Source: Dehalococcoidia bacterium (GTDB taxonomy: Bacteria > Chloroflexota > Dehalococcoidia > Lucifugimonadales > GCA-2712585). Taken from it: a DNA stretch of 64,000 nucleotides. Position 1 is the first letter of the stretch. Each line of letters begins with the position of its first letter. The translations under genes and the position numbers were made by a program. Below the pieces are notes generated by a model. That model had not been told where the DNA came from. It made no database searches and saw only the letters and a program-made list of their open reading frames with translations. Below are positions 19,630 through 28,994 of this stretch, in pieces. Location of the stretch: NCBI GenBank assembly GCA_965247585.1, contig CBDFHC010000005.1, positions 896,334-960,333 on the forward strand, in the 5' to 3' direction.

Positions 19630-19691
19630 CGGGATTGCAGGCCTCCGCCGGGGGGTTGGATGGATGCGGGGCAGTCCAACGGGCAGCCGGC

Positions 19692-20393
19692 CTACGGCGC
19701 CCGGGCTTTAAGGGTCTCCATAACGCCGGGCCAGCGGCGGTGCAGGTCTCCCAGGTTATCAACGGTGGCAACCAGTTCCGCGCCCTGGAAGGGGTCCGTA
19801 TTTCCCGGCTGGACCAGGCCAACGAAGGGTACCCCGGCTTCCTGCGCGCCCTCGAGGTCGTCTATGGCGTCGCCGATGAACAGAAGGTCAAGGGGCCGCC
19901 AGCCCTTGTCGTTGAGGAGGTCGCGCAGTATCCGGCCCTTCTTCCTGGGCGATCCGAAGACCTCCTGGAAGTAGGGCGCCAACCCCCGGCGGCGGGCGTG
20001 GTCACGCATCTCGTCCTGGGGCGTGCCGGAAGCGATGAAGAGGGGGTAGTGCTGAGAATAGCGCCGCAGGAACTCCTCAGCGCCGGGTACGAAAGGGCTC
20101 TCCATTATGCCGCCGTCCACTAACTTCCCGAATTCGGCGCCGCGGCGTTGTATCTCATCGTCGGTAAAGGGCTGATTAAGGATGTCCTGAAAAATGGTGC
20201 GGAGTTTCAAGTCCCGGGCCATGCCGCCCCGGGCCATGTGTAGCTGGTAGATTTCGTCGCCGTGCTGGGGGAAGTCGCTGAAGAGGCGGCGGAAGGCGTC
20301 TGCCTTGAGGTGGTTGGAGTCCAGTATAACGCCGTCGAAGTCGAGGACTATTCCCTTAATGTCGCTGGTTGATTGTTGGAGTTGGTCGGTCAT
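19692..20393 (-). CDS. HAD-superfamily hydrolase
   Basis: Motif I VLDFDGVILDS. Motif III/IV region ..FIGDAIDDLEGA. Confidence 0.8.
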   Translation of the reverse strand: MTDQLQQSTSDIKGIVLDFDGVILDSNHLKADAFRRLFSDFPQHGDEIYQLHMARGGMARDLKLRTIFQDILNQPFTDDEIQRRGAEFGKLVDGGIMESPFVPGAEEFLRRYSQHYPLFIASGTPQDEMRDHARRRGLAPYFQEVFGSPRKKGRILRDLLNDKGWRPLDLLFIGDAIDDLEGAQEAGVPFVGLVQPGNTDPFQGAELVATVDNLGDLHRRWPGVMETLKARAP

Positions 20394-20614
20394 ATGGCCG
20401 TCGGTGCGGTAAATGGACGGACGTTATTCTGCCCCAACAATGGGGGAAAGTGAAGCCCTGGCCCTGTAGTGCAGGGGCCAATGAGCGGCGGTGCCACACC
20501 GGCAGACGGGTGCTATACTGGGTCGGTTTTCGCCGGCCTCCACGCCGGGCAACCCGGCCCACAGTCAACATCCAAACCAACCAATTAACTTCAACCGCGG
20601 TGAGAGGTAAAACA

Positions 20615-21427
20615 ATGAACGGGGCAGAGCTAAAGGCAGTACTGAACGAGGGCGGGCGAGTGTACGGCACCATGTTGACCCTGAGCCGGAACCCCCGGTG
20701 GGTGCCGGTGTTGGACGGCGTGGGGCTGGACTACGTCATAATTGACACGGAGCACACGCCGCGGGGAAGGGCGGAGCTGGGGGACTTCCTGGCGATGATG
20801 AACACGTCAGGCGTGGTGCCCATTGTCAGGGTGCCGATACCCGACTCACACTATGTAACGATGGCGATAGACGCCGGCTCCCAGGGGGTGCTGGCGCCCT
20901 ATTGTGAGACGGTGGAAGAGGTGAAGGAGATGGTGGCGGCGGCGAAGTGGCGTCCGCTGAAGGGAGAGTCGGCGCGGCGGGTGATCGACACCGGGGAGCA
21001 CGTGAGCGCCGAGACCCGGACCTACCTGGAGCGCCGCAACACGAACAACGTGGCCATCATCGGGATAGAGAGCAAGGCGGCGGTGGAGAATCTGCCCAAC
21101 ATCCTGGAGGTGCCAGGCATAGACGCCATCTTCGTTGGACCTAACGACATGAGCATATCGCTAGGAGTGCCGGACGGCTATGACAGCGCGGTTTACAAGA
21201 AGACCGTCAAAAACGTGATAGACACCTGCGAGGCCAAGGGGATACCGGTGCTGGTGCACCACCAGGCGCCGGATCTGTCCACCTACTGGATGGAGCAGGG
21301 GGCGAGGTTTGTGCTGCACGGCACGGACCGCCGCGCGCTGGCGGAGGGGTTCCGTGGGGAGTTCAGCCGGTTGAGGGAGGTGGGGCAGGGGCTGACAGGG
21401 GACAATGTGACGGAAGCGCCAACCTAG
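20615..21427 (+). CDS. HpcH/HpaI-family aldolase
   Basis: LDYVIIDTEHTP, IVRVP, GIESKAAVENL, FVGPNDMS. ATG 20615 (MNGAELKAV) is preferred over the long ORF start at 20369, which overlaps the divergent HAD gene. Confidence 0.8.
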   Translation: MNGAELKAVLNEGGRVYGTMLTLSRNPRWVPVLDGVGLDYVIIDTEHTPRGRAELGDFLAMMNTSGVVPIVRVPIPDSHYVTMAIDAGSQGVLAPYCETVEEVKEMVAAAKWRPLKGESARRVIDTGEHVSAETRTYLERRNTNNVAIIGIESKAAVENLPNILEVPGIDAIFVGPNDMSISLGVPDGYDSAVYKKTVKNVIDTCEAKGIPVLVHHQAPDLSTYWMEQGARFVLHGTDRRALAEGFRGEFSRLREVGQGLTGDNVTEAPT

Positions 21428-22014
21428 TGTCCAGTTACAACCTCTTCCTCTGACAAACTCCGGTCGAATTGGAACTCCGCTCGAAGCAGATGGGGCTTAC
21501 TGACATGACGCACAGCCTCCCTGGCATCGTTGATGACCGCGAAAAAAGCGTCAAATGCGACTGGTAGTGTGAACTTTTCGCCTTGGTAGTACATGCTGCG
21601 GCCGGTACTTCCTAAGTGAACATGCAGCGGTCTTCCCTCTAACAGCGGATAGAACTCGCTCGAGCGATACTCCCACGTGTAAATGGATTTGGCCTCGTCC
21701 GCTAGGATAGCTTCCCAAGACTCCCTTGTCTGAAATCGATCAAACAGCGCCAGAGAGAAAGCGAGCGGTCTCGCCTCTAACGTTGCCTGACTATATTGGA
21801 TATTGAACCTCAGTGTGAAATGTGGGGCCAGAAACAAACGCCCGTCTGCAATCCACATCTCGTTGACTCCGGCCGGCATCGTTGTCGTCAATTCTATTCC
21901 ATTGATGACACCGTCTCTCGTGCCTGCCTGATTCCATCGTGACGCCACCTTGACCAGTTCTGCTAGTTTTTCGCCCCAATTGTGGAATTGGCTGTTGGGG
22001 AGGAACCAAGTCAT
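21424..22014 (-). CDS. Hypothetical protein (196 aa), lower-GC islet
   Basis: ORF with no motif I recognise. Its start overlaps the upstream 76-aa ORF stop (TGATG). Composition is visibly AT-richer than the flanks. Confidence 0.55.
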   Translation of the reverse strand: MTWFLPNSQFHNWGEKLAELVKVASRWNQAGTRDGVINGIELTTTMPAGVNEMWIADGRLFLAPHFTLRFNIQYSQATLEARPLAFSLALFDRFQTRESWEAILADEAKSIYTWEYRSSEFYPLLEGRPLHVHLGSTGRSMYYQGEKFTLPVAFDAFFAVINDAREAVRHVSKPHLLRAEFQFDRSLSEEEVVTGH

Positions 22015-22244
22015 CAGTCTCTAGCTGGGGTTAGCTTGCGCAAATCGTCTACCATCTTCAAGAGCATTCTTGCTTCGAAAACATCAACTCCTAGAGCGTG
22101 AGTCCGGTTTGATTTTTGAATCATGTCTTCTAGATCACCTAACGACTGAGGAGGTCCACCATGAACCTTCAGTCGACAGCTTACAGCAGGCCACAATCTT
22201 GCCAATCGTTCAAGTTGCGCCTGGATTAAGATGTCATTGGTCAA
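22014..22244 (-). CDS. Hypothetical small protein (76 aa), lower-GC islet
   Basis: Small helical-looking ORF, translationally coupled to the 196-aa ORF. No recognisable motif. Confidence 0.5.
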   Translation of the reverse strand: MTNDILIQAQLERLARLWPAVSCRLKVHGGPPQSLGDLEDMIQKSNRTHALGVDVFEARMLLKMVDDLRKLTPARD

Positions 22245-22550
22245 CGAACATCTCCCATCTATTGTTAGTAACCGTCACGACGATGACGAGTTGTAGCACT
22301 ATTTGTCAAGATCAGACTCAAGACACTCGGATACCAACTCAATCGCACAAAGAGCGTGGCAAATGACACGCCGCCGACTAACGGTCTGTTATCATTTTAC
22401 ACCACCAGAGGGACCGCCTTGAATGACTGCGATGTCGTTGATCTCCCGCTTGGCGTTGAATTGGGATCAAAGCGGTGGGAGGGGATAAGGTATCCTCAAA
22501 TAGCTGTTTGATATAGGCTGAAGAATTAACAATCTAGGGAGGAAGCAGCA

Positions 22551-23213
22551 ATGATCAACGTTTACCCGCGGAACGATGTGCTTTCGGCGGAGCTTATTGA
22601 AGCGTACCGCAGCGTGGTGCCGGCGACGCTAGGGCACGCGCTGGAGGGCGGTATGGACGGGGGCATCAAGGCGATATGGAGGCCGGTTAAGCTGGTGGGT
22701 CCGGCGTTGACGGTGCAGACCTCGCCGCAGACCGCGGCGGCGGTGGGCAAGGCGCTGGAGATATCCAAGCCCGGCGACGTGCTGGTGGTGAACCGAGGGG
22801 GCGACCAGCGGCACGCTACTTTTGGGGAGATCGCCGCGTTGGGGGCCATGGAGTACGGGATCGCCGGGATTGTCAGCGACGGTGTTATCACGGACCAGGA
22901 AGCGCTAAAGCGGCTCAAGTTCCCGGCCTACGCCCGAGGGGTCACGGCGATGACGATCAAGCCCTGGGACATTCCGGAGGGGGGCGTGAACGTGCCGGTA
23001 TCCGTGGGCGGAATGGGAGTGAACCCGGGGGACCTGATTCTGGCGGACGACGACGGTGTGCTGGTAGCTTCGCCAAAAGATGCCCAGCGGTTTCTGGCGT
23101 TTTGTCAGGAGAAGGACGGCTGGGAGGACTGGGTCAGGGCGGAGTTGGGGAAAGGGAGGAGCTTCTCCGACATTGTCAAAGAGCGGCCCTGGCCGGTGCC
23201 GGACCTAACGTAG
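22551..23213 (+). CDS. RraA-like / 4-hydroxy-4-methyl-2-oxoglutarate aldolase family protein
   Basis: GDVLVVNRGGDQRHATFGEIAALGAMEYGIAGIVSDGVITD matches the RraA-family core. GGGAGG lies upstream of the ATG. Confidence 0.8.
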   Translation: MINVYPRNDVLSAELIEAYRSVVPATLGHALEGGMDGGIKAIWRPVKLVGPALTVQTSPQTAAAVGKALEISKPGDVLVVNRGGDQRHATFGEIAALGAMEYGIAGIVSDGVITDQEALKRLKFPAYARGVTAMTIKPWDIPEGGVNVPVSVGGMGVNPGDLILADDDGVLVASPKDAQRFLAFCQEKDGWEDWVRAELGKGRSFSDIVKERPWPVPDLT

Positions 23214-23388
23214 CAGTCGGCGACGTCCCACGGGACCTGGACTATGCTGTGTCCGCCGTCTCTGGACTGCCACAGGGCCGAGGGGCATAGCCCGGCCATG
23301 CCATTCCCCACCTGGCGGCGCAATCACGGCCCGGACGAGAATTCTCGACTTAGCAGGGAATCCGCGCTGAGGCGAAGACCCGCGTACT

Positions 23389-24672
23389 GTGGTAGTGGCT
23401 AGCCGAATGCGTGGGCCGTTTTTCTATGGCTGGGTGATAGTTGGGACGCTGGGCATGGTGAACTTCGCCACCATGGCCACGGGCACTTTGAACTTCGGCC
23501 TCTTCGTAATACCCATGGGCGAAGAGTTGGAGATGTCTAGGGGGTTCATCGGCTGGACCCAGACGGCGCGGTTGCTGGCGGGGGGCGGCTTTGGGTTCGT
23601 GATGGGGCGGCTACTGGACCGCTACGGCCCCCGGGTGCTGATAGCGGTGGCATCGCTGGTCACCGGGAGCTGCATGATAGGGTTGGTGTACGTCCAGGAG
23701 CCGTGGCATTTCCTGGTGCTGTTCAACGTTATGGGCTTCATGGGGTTGTCAGCCCCCGGGGGCATGCTCACCTCCGTCCCGGTGGCCAAGTGGTTTATAC
23801 GAAGGCGAGGCGCAGCGACGGCGCTGGCCACCATGGGGCTGGGGACGGGGGGCATAGTCTTCTTGCCGGTGACCCAAATCCTGATAGAAAGCGTGGGGTG
23901 GCGGAACGCCTGGCTGGTGCTGGCGGCCATCAGCATGGCAATGATAGTCCCAATGGCTCTCATTTTCCTGCGCCGGCAGCCGGAGGACATGGGACTAGCA
24001 CCCTACGGCGCTACGGGGACACCGGCGGTGGGAAGCGGGGCCAAGGCTATTCAAGAAGAGCCGCTTTGGACGGCGGGGCAGGCGTTCCGGACGTCCACCT
24101 TCTGGTGGCTGATGCTCTTCTTTGCCCTGGTAGGGTTCGCTATGGGCAGCACCAACGTACACCGGCTGCCCTACTGGGTGGAGGCGGGGTTCGATGCGCA
24201 GTTGGTCTCTTATGCGTTTGCCGCCGATGCGGCAGGGGCGGCGTTGATGGCGCTGACGGCGGGACTGGTGGTGGACCGGGTGCCGGTGCGCTTCGTTGCC
24301 CTGGCATCGTGTTTGGGGTTCGTAGGGTCAGTGGCGCTGATGTTGCTGGCATCCAACACGTTCCTGCTCTTTGCCTCCACAACGATGTTTGGTCTGGCGG
24401 TGGGGGCGAACATGATAGTGACCAGCTTTATATGGGCGGACTACTTTGGGCGGGCGTTTTTGGGGACTATCAGGGGGATAGCGCTGCCGGTGTCGCTGGC
24501 GACCATAGGAGCAGGTTCGCCGACGGCGGGGTACATATACGACGCCACGGGGAACTACGACCTGGTGTGGTGGATGCTTATTGTCCTCTTTGGGCTGGCG
24601 GCGGCGGTGGTGGTGAACATACGGGCGCCGCGGGCGCCTATCACGGCGGCAGGCAACAAAGGCGCCGGTTAG
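23389..24672 (+). CDS. MFS transporter
   Basis: 427 aa, about 12 hydrophobic helices, MFS-like loop GRLLDRYGPR. Confidence 0.8.
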   Translation: MVVASRMRGPFFYGWVIVGTLGMVNFATMATGTLNFGLFVIPMGEELEMSRGFIGWTQTARLLAGGGFGFVMGRLLDRYGPRVLIAVASLVTGSCMIGLVYVQEPWHFLVLFNVMGFMGLSAPGGMLTSVPVAKWFIRRRGAATALATMGLGTGGIVFLPVTQILIESVGWRNAWLVLAAISMAMIVPMALIFLRRQPEDMGLAPYGATGTPAVGSGAKAIQEEPLWTAGQAFRTSTFWWLMLFFALVGFAMGSTNVHRLPYWVEAGFDAQLVSYAFAADAAGAALMALTAGLVVDRVPVRFVALASCLGFVGSVALMLLASNTFLLFASTTMFGLAVGANMIVTSFIWADYFGRAFLGTIRGIALPVSLATIGAGSPTAGYIYDATGNYDLVWWMLIVLFGLAAAVVVNIRAPRAPITAAGNKGAG

Positions 24673-24771
24673 AACGCTTACCGGACCGCCGGGGCTGGCT
24701 ATCTTTGGCAACGGATGGAGGCGATGGCCGGACCGGGGAAAACGGTGCCGCTGTGCTAGAATCCGGGTGAG

Positions 24772-26958
24772 ATGACCACCCCCATTCTGGAAGGGCTAAA
24801 TCCGGCACAGCGGCAGGCAGTGGAGGCGATTGATGGGCCGGTGCTGATCGTTGCCGGGCCTGGTTCCGGGAAGACGCGGGTGATCACGCACCGGATCGCA
24901 TACCTGATGGGGACGGTGGGAATCAGCCCCCGCAGCATCCTGGCGGTGACGTTCACCAATCGGGCCGCCCGGGAGATGAAGGAGCGGCTGCAACGGCTGG
25001 TGGGCACACGCACGGAGCAGATAACGGTAGGGACGTTCCATTCGTTTTGCGCTGGGGTGCTGCGTCGTCACGGACAGCACGTTGGGTTGGACACCGGCTT
25101 CACGATCTTCGACGACGAGGACCAACGCGACGCGCTGAAGCTGGCGATGGAAGAGGCGGAGGTGGACCCCAAGCGATTTCCCGTCCGGGCGATGCAGAGC
25201 GTCATATCCAAGGCCAAGAGCTCGCTGCTGGACGCCCAGGCACTGGCACAGCGGCAGTCCAGCTTCTTCGAGGAGACGGCGGCCCGGGTGTACGCCCGGT
25301 ACGAGGAGATGCTGGGCCGGTACAACGCGGTGGACTTTGACGACCTACTCTCGAAGGCGGTGTACCTGTTTCGAAACACGCCGGATGTGCTGCACCGCTA
25401 CCAACAGCGGTACGTCCACGTGTTGATTGACGAGTTCCAGGACACCAACGTGAGCCAGTACGAGCTGGCCCGGCTGCTCGCGGACGGCTACCGGAATATC
25501 TGCGTGGTGGGAGACCCGGACCAGTCCATCTACTCCTGGCGCAACGCGGACATCCGAAATATCCTCAGCTTTCAGCGGGACTATCCCACAGCGAAACTGG
25601 TGGCGCTGGAGGAGAACTACCGGTCCACCGGCACGGTGCTGGAGGCAGCCAAGGGGCTGATAAAGTCCAACCGGCAAAGGCTGGACAAGGACCTGAGGAC
25701 TCAAAAGGCGCAGGGGCCGGCGATTGTTGTAAGCGAGTCTTTCACGGAAGACGAAGAGGCGCAGTTTGTGCTGCAACAGATAGACCGGCTAAGCCGGGAG
25801 GACGGGGTGAAGAAGGGCGACTGCGCGGTGATGTACCGGGTGAACGCACAGTCGCGGGCGTTTGAGGAGGCGTGCCTGCGCTACGGGATGGAGTACAGGT
25901 TGGTAGGCGGGGTGCGCTTTTACCACCGGCGGGAGGTGAAGGACCTTATCGCCTACCTCCGGGCGATAGGAAACCCGGAAGACCAGGTGAGCCTGCTGCG
26001 GATCATAAACAAGCCGGCGCGGGGAATTGGGAATCGCACCGTAGAGCAGGTGAGTTTTTGGGCGTCAACCCAGGGGATATCTGTCAACGCGGCGCTGGAG
26101 CGGATAGCGGAGGAGCGTAGCGCCGGAGGGGCCGCCAGCCATCCGTTGTCATCCAGGGCGGCGCAGGCGGTGTCCGGCTTCGCGGCGCTGTTGAAGAGCC
26201 TTCGAGAGGAGAGCCGGCGGCTGGACGTGGTGGAGTTGGTGGATACGGTGCTTGACCGGATCAGCTACCGGGCGTTCCTACAGGCGGGAGACGACGCAGA
26301 GGACCGGTGGGAGAACGTAATGGAGCTTAGGAGCGCGGCCCAGGAGTTCAAGGGGCTGGAGCCCGGGGGGGACCTTACGGCGCTGCTGGAACGGCTGGCG
26401 CTGGTGGCGGACATAGACAACTACAAGGAATCTCTGGACGCGTTGACGCTCATAACCCTGCACCAGTCCAAGGGGCTGGAGTTCCCGGTGGTGTTCATTT
26501 GCGGAATGGAGGAGGGGCTGCTGCCGCACTTCCGCTCCATGGACAGCCCGGAAGAGCTGGAGGAGGAGCGGCGGCTCTGCTACGTGGGAATAACGCGCTG
26601 CATGGAGCGGCTTTTCCTGACGCGGGCGTTCCGGAGGGGATTCATGGGTGGCAGCGGCGGGCCGACGATACCGTCCCGATTCCTGCAGGAGATACCGTCG
26701 CATCTGATCGAGTCGCCCACGCCGCTGGCGAAGAAGAGGGAGGTGTGGGCGGCGAGGCCCGCCGTGGTGGTGGAGGCAGTGCCTGCGTTGCCGCTGCGCA
26801 CCGGGGACCGGGTGAGCCACGGGGTATTCGGGGAAGGGGTAGTGGTGAGCAGCACGGGCAAAGGGTCAGACCAGGAGGTGACGGTGGCTTTTGCAGGGGG
26901 CGCCGGGGTGAAACGTCTTCTGTTGAGCTACGCGCCGCTGGAAAAGGTGGAGAGCTAG
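24772..26958 (+). CDS. uvrD: UvrD/PcrA-type superfamily 1 DNA helicase
   Basis: LNPAQRQAVE, Walker A AGPGSGKTRV, DEFQDTN, VGDPDQSIYSWRNA, TLHQSKGLEFPVVF, RRLCYVGITR. Confidence 0.92.
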   Translation: MTTPILEGLNPAQRQAVEAIDGPVLIVAGPGSGKTRVITHRIAYLMGTVGISPRSILAVTFTNRAAREMKERLQRLVGTRTEQITVGTFHSFCAGVLRRHGQHVGLDTGFTIFDDEDQRDALKLAMEEAEVDPKRFPVRAMQSVISKAKSSLLDAQALAQRQSSFFEETAARVYARYEEMLGRYNAVDFDDLLSKAVYLFRNTPDVLHRYQQRYVHVLIDEFQDTNVSQYELARLLADGYRNICVVGDPDQSIYSWRNADIRNILSFQRDYPTAKLVALEENYRSTGTVLEAAKGLIKSNRQRLDKDLRTQKAQGPAIVVSESFTEDEEAQFVLQQIDRLSREDGVKKGDCAVMYRVNAQSRAFEEACLRYGMEYRLVGGVRFYHRREVKDLIAYLRAIGNPEDQVSLLRIINKPARGIGNRTVEQVSFWASTQGISVNAALERIAEERSAGGAASHPLSSRAAQAVSGFAALLKSLREESRRLDVVELVDTVLDRISYRAFLQAGDDAEDRWENVMELRSAAQEFKGLEPGGDLTALLERLALVADIDNYKESLDALTLITLHQSKGLEFPVVFICGMEEGLLPHFRSMDSPEELEEERRLCYVGITRCMERLFLTRAFRRGFMGGSGGPTIPSRFLQEIPSHLIESPTPLAKKREVWAARPAVVVEAVPALPLRTGDRVSHGVFGEGVVVSSTGKGSDQEVTVAFAGGAGVKRLLLSYAPLEKVES

Positions 26959-27875
26959 CTGTCGAAGCGCTCGCCCATCTCGCGAAGGAACTTTTCAGTC
27001 TCGGGCGAGAGCTTGATGTTCTCATCTTCGCCGGTGGTCTTCCCGGCGGTACGGGAATCGTAGTGGACTTCCAGCCGTTCGATGAGGGCCTTCAAGCCCT
27101 GGTTTCGCTGAACCTCGTTGTTGATATCGCGGTACTGCCGGCGGCCACGCTCCGGGTCTGAGAGGTCCTTGGGCAGGTCATAGACGGTGCAGATGACTTC
27201 CATCAGACGGTTGGCCCCGGCGTAGTCCTCCTCCAGTTGGACGTATTGCGGGAGGTGAACCATTACGCCAACGCTTTCGATGCCGCGGCTTTGGACGCCT
27301 TCGCCCACCAGGTTGACGATGGAGGTGGGCCCCTGGTAGGTGCTGGGGCGGAGCTTGAGCACGTCACCGTACTTCTCTCCCACCTTGCCGGTAGCGGAGC
27401 CGGTGACCAGCAGCGGACGGGTGTGGGGCACAGCGTCATACATGCCGCCGATGCGGACGTACTGCTTGACTCCCAGCATTTCGATGACCTCCAGAACGGA
27501 GTCGGTATAGTCCTCTCCGAAGGACTGGGGCTCCAGCAGGTGGAAGAATAGCAGGTCCGGGGGATCGTCCCGAATGGCATAGTTGATGATGGTGTTGGGT
27601 ATGTTAAGGGTGCGGTTTCCCTCGGCGTTTCGCATAACCGGACGGTATCTGGTGAAGTCGTAGAAGTTGCCGGGGCGCGCCAGGCGACCCAACTCCTTGG
27701 CGCCGAAGTGGCGTTCCAGCTTGGCCAGGGCGATGGTGCCGACGCTGCCCACATCTATCCAGGGTCTGAGCATAGCAATGACGTGGGGCTCTTTCAGCTC
27801 CGGCAGCGGCTCAACAATCTCAAAAGCTCCTATTCTCATAGGGGATATCTTGCCAAAGACGGTACTATTACGCAA
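26955..27875 (-). CDS. PAC2 (proteasome assembly chaperone 2-like) family protein, copy 1
   Basis: Shares FYDF, PHTR, TGS, YQGP blocks with ORF 40968..41879. Family assignment is from memory of bacterial PAC2 proteins. An alternative start is at 27839. Confidence 0.65.
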   Translation of the reverse strand: MRNSTVFGKISPMRIGAFEIVEPLPELKEPHVIAMLRPWIDVGSVGTIALAKLERHFGAKELGRLARPGNFYDFTRYRPVMRNAEGNRTLNIPNTIINYAIRDDPPDLLFFHLLEPQSFGEDYTDSVLEVIEMLGVKQYVRIGGMYDAVPHTRPLLVTGSATGKVGEKYGDVLKLRPSTYQGPTSIVNLVGEGVQSRGIESVGVMVHLPQYVQLEEDYAGANRLMEVICTVYDLPKDLSDPERGRRQYRDINNEVQRNQGLKALIERLEVHYDSRTAGKTTGEDENIKLSPETEKFLREMGERFDS

Positions 27876-28039
27876 GTGTGGCGCGCCCTGTTCGGGGCGG
27901 GTTCAGGGCTAGGTGCCGGCGCTGTCAGCATGGCTTGATGGGGCATGAACCCCGTTTGGCAGGAGGGTTGTAGGGCGCCGGGAGCTAGCGCTTTATGGGT
28001 TTGCGAACCCTTTTCCAGGCCGAGTCTTGATTCAGAGCC

Positions 28040-28528
28040 CTACGCCCGCTGCCAGATGCAAGTGTAGGAGTAGTCGGCCACCTTTTCGCCGCGCTGGTTG
28101 CGACCTTCGACCAGAAAGGTGATGAACCGGTTGCCACGGCGCTCGAATTTATCGGCGACGGCGGTGGTGCTGGTGACGACGTCGCCGGGGCGGACGCGGG
28201 TGCCGAGGAAGCGAATCTGGGAGCCGACGAATGGGGTGCTGCGTGGGTGGGCGGTGGACTGCTCCGGCGCGATGTAGCCCTGGGCGGCGATGAGGGCCTC
28301 GCGGCGCTGGGGTGCGTAGGTGTAGAGCATGGTGGGCGGCGCGAAGATGCCTTTGTGGCCCAGGGCGCGGGCGGTGGCCTCGTTGATATATATGGGGTTT
28401 TCATAGCCCACAGCGTGGCAGTAATTGGCGATGCTCTCCGCGGTGACCTCGTAGGTGTAGGGAGGAGACTGGTGACCCACCTGGGCCACGTCCCACTCGT
28501 AGATGGACTCGGCCTCAGGTTGGGTCAC
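28040..28528 (-). CDS. MaoC-like (hotdog fold) dehydratase-type protein
   Basis: 162 aa. Hotdog pattern ..RVRPGDVVTSTTAVADKFERRGNRFITFLVEGRNQRGEKV. Confidence 0.7.
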   Translation of the reverse strand: MTQPEAESIYEWDVAQVGHQSPPYTYEVTAESIANYCHAVGYENPIYINEATARALGHKGIFAPPTMLYTYAPQRREALIAAQGYIAPEQSTAHPRSTPFVGSQIRFLGTRVRPGDVVTSTTAVADKFERRGNRFITFLVEGRNQRGEKVADYSYTCIWQRA

Positions 28529-28971
28529 GGCTGGGTTCCTTCGCCACCGCTGGACCAGTCCACCAGGCGGGAGGGCGTGATCTTGATGACCGGGCCGTCA
28601 TCCAGGTCCATTTTACGGTACTGGGGATATTTATCTCGAAGGAGGACAACCGCGGCGGCCTGATCATCGCCGCGCTCCAGAAGCCGAGCGCCGCCCAGCA
28701 CTAGCAGGTACCAGAGACGGCGCCAGTCCTCTTCATAGTGGTCCAAGAGCAAGGCCACCTGGGGATTGGAAATAATGTTGCGGACGCGTTTCAGCGGTCT
28801 TCCGGTGGGGCGCTTGGGTTTCTGGTCTATCACGGAGTAGAAGGACTCGCCGTCATAGGCGAAGCAGATGGGTACCAAGTGGGGGGCGGCGGCGCCGTCC
28901 GCGGTGGCCAGGTGGGCGTTACGGGCCCGCTGGATGAGACGCAGCTGATGAGGGGTGGGTACGGCGGCCAC
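28525..28971 (-). CDS. PPOX-class (pyridoxamine 5'-phosphate oxidase-like) probable F420-dependent enzyme
   Basis: RNAHLATADGAAAPHLVPICFAYDGESFYSVIDQKPK and LLDHYEEDW pattern. 4-nt overlap with the downstream hotdog gene. Confidence 0.7.
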   Translation of the reverse strand: MAAVPTPHQLRLIQRARNAHLATADGAAAPHLVPICFAYDGESFYSVIDQKPKRPTGRPLKRVRNIISNPQVALLLDHYEEDWRRLWYLLVLGGARLLERGDDQAAAVVLLRDKYPQYRKMDLDDGPVIKITPSRLVDWSSGGEGTQP

Positions 28972-28994
28972 TGGGGTCTCCCAAAGGGCGGTGG

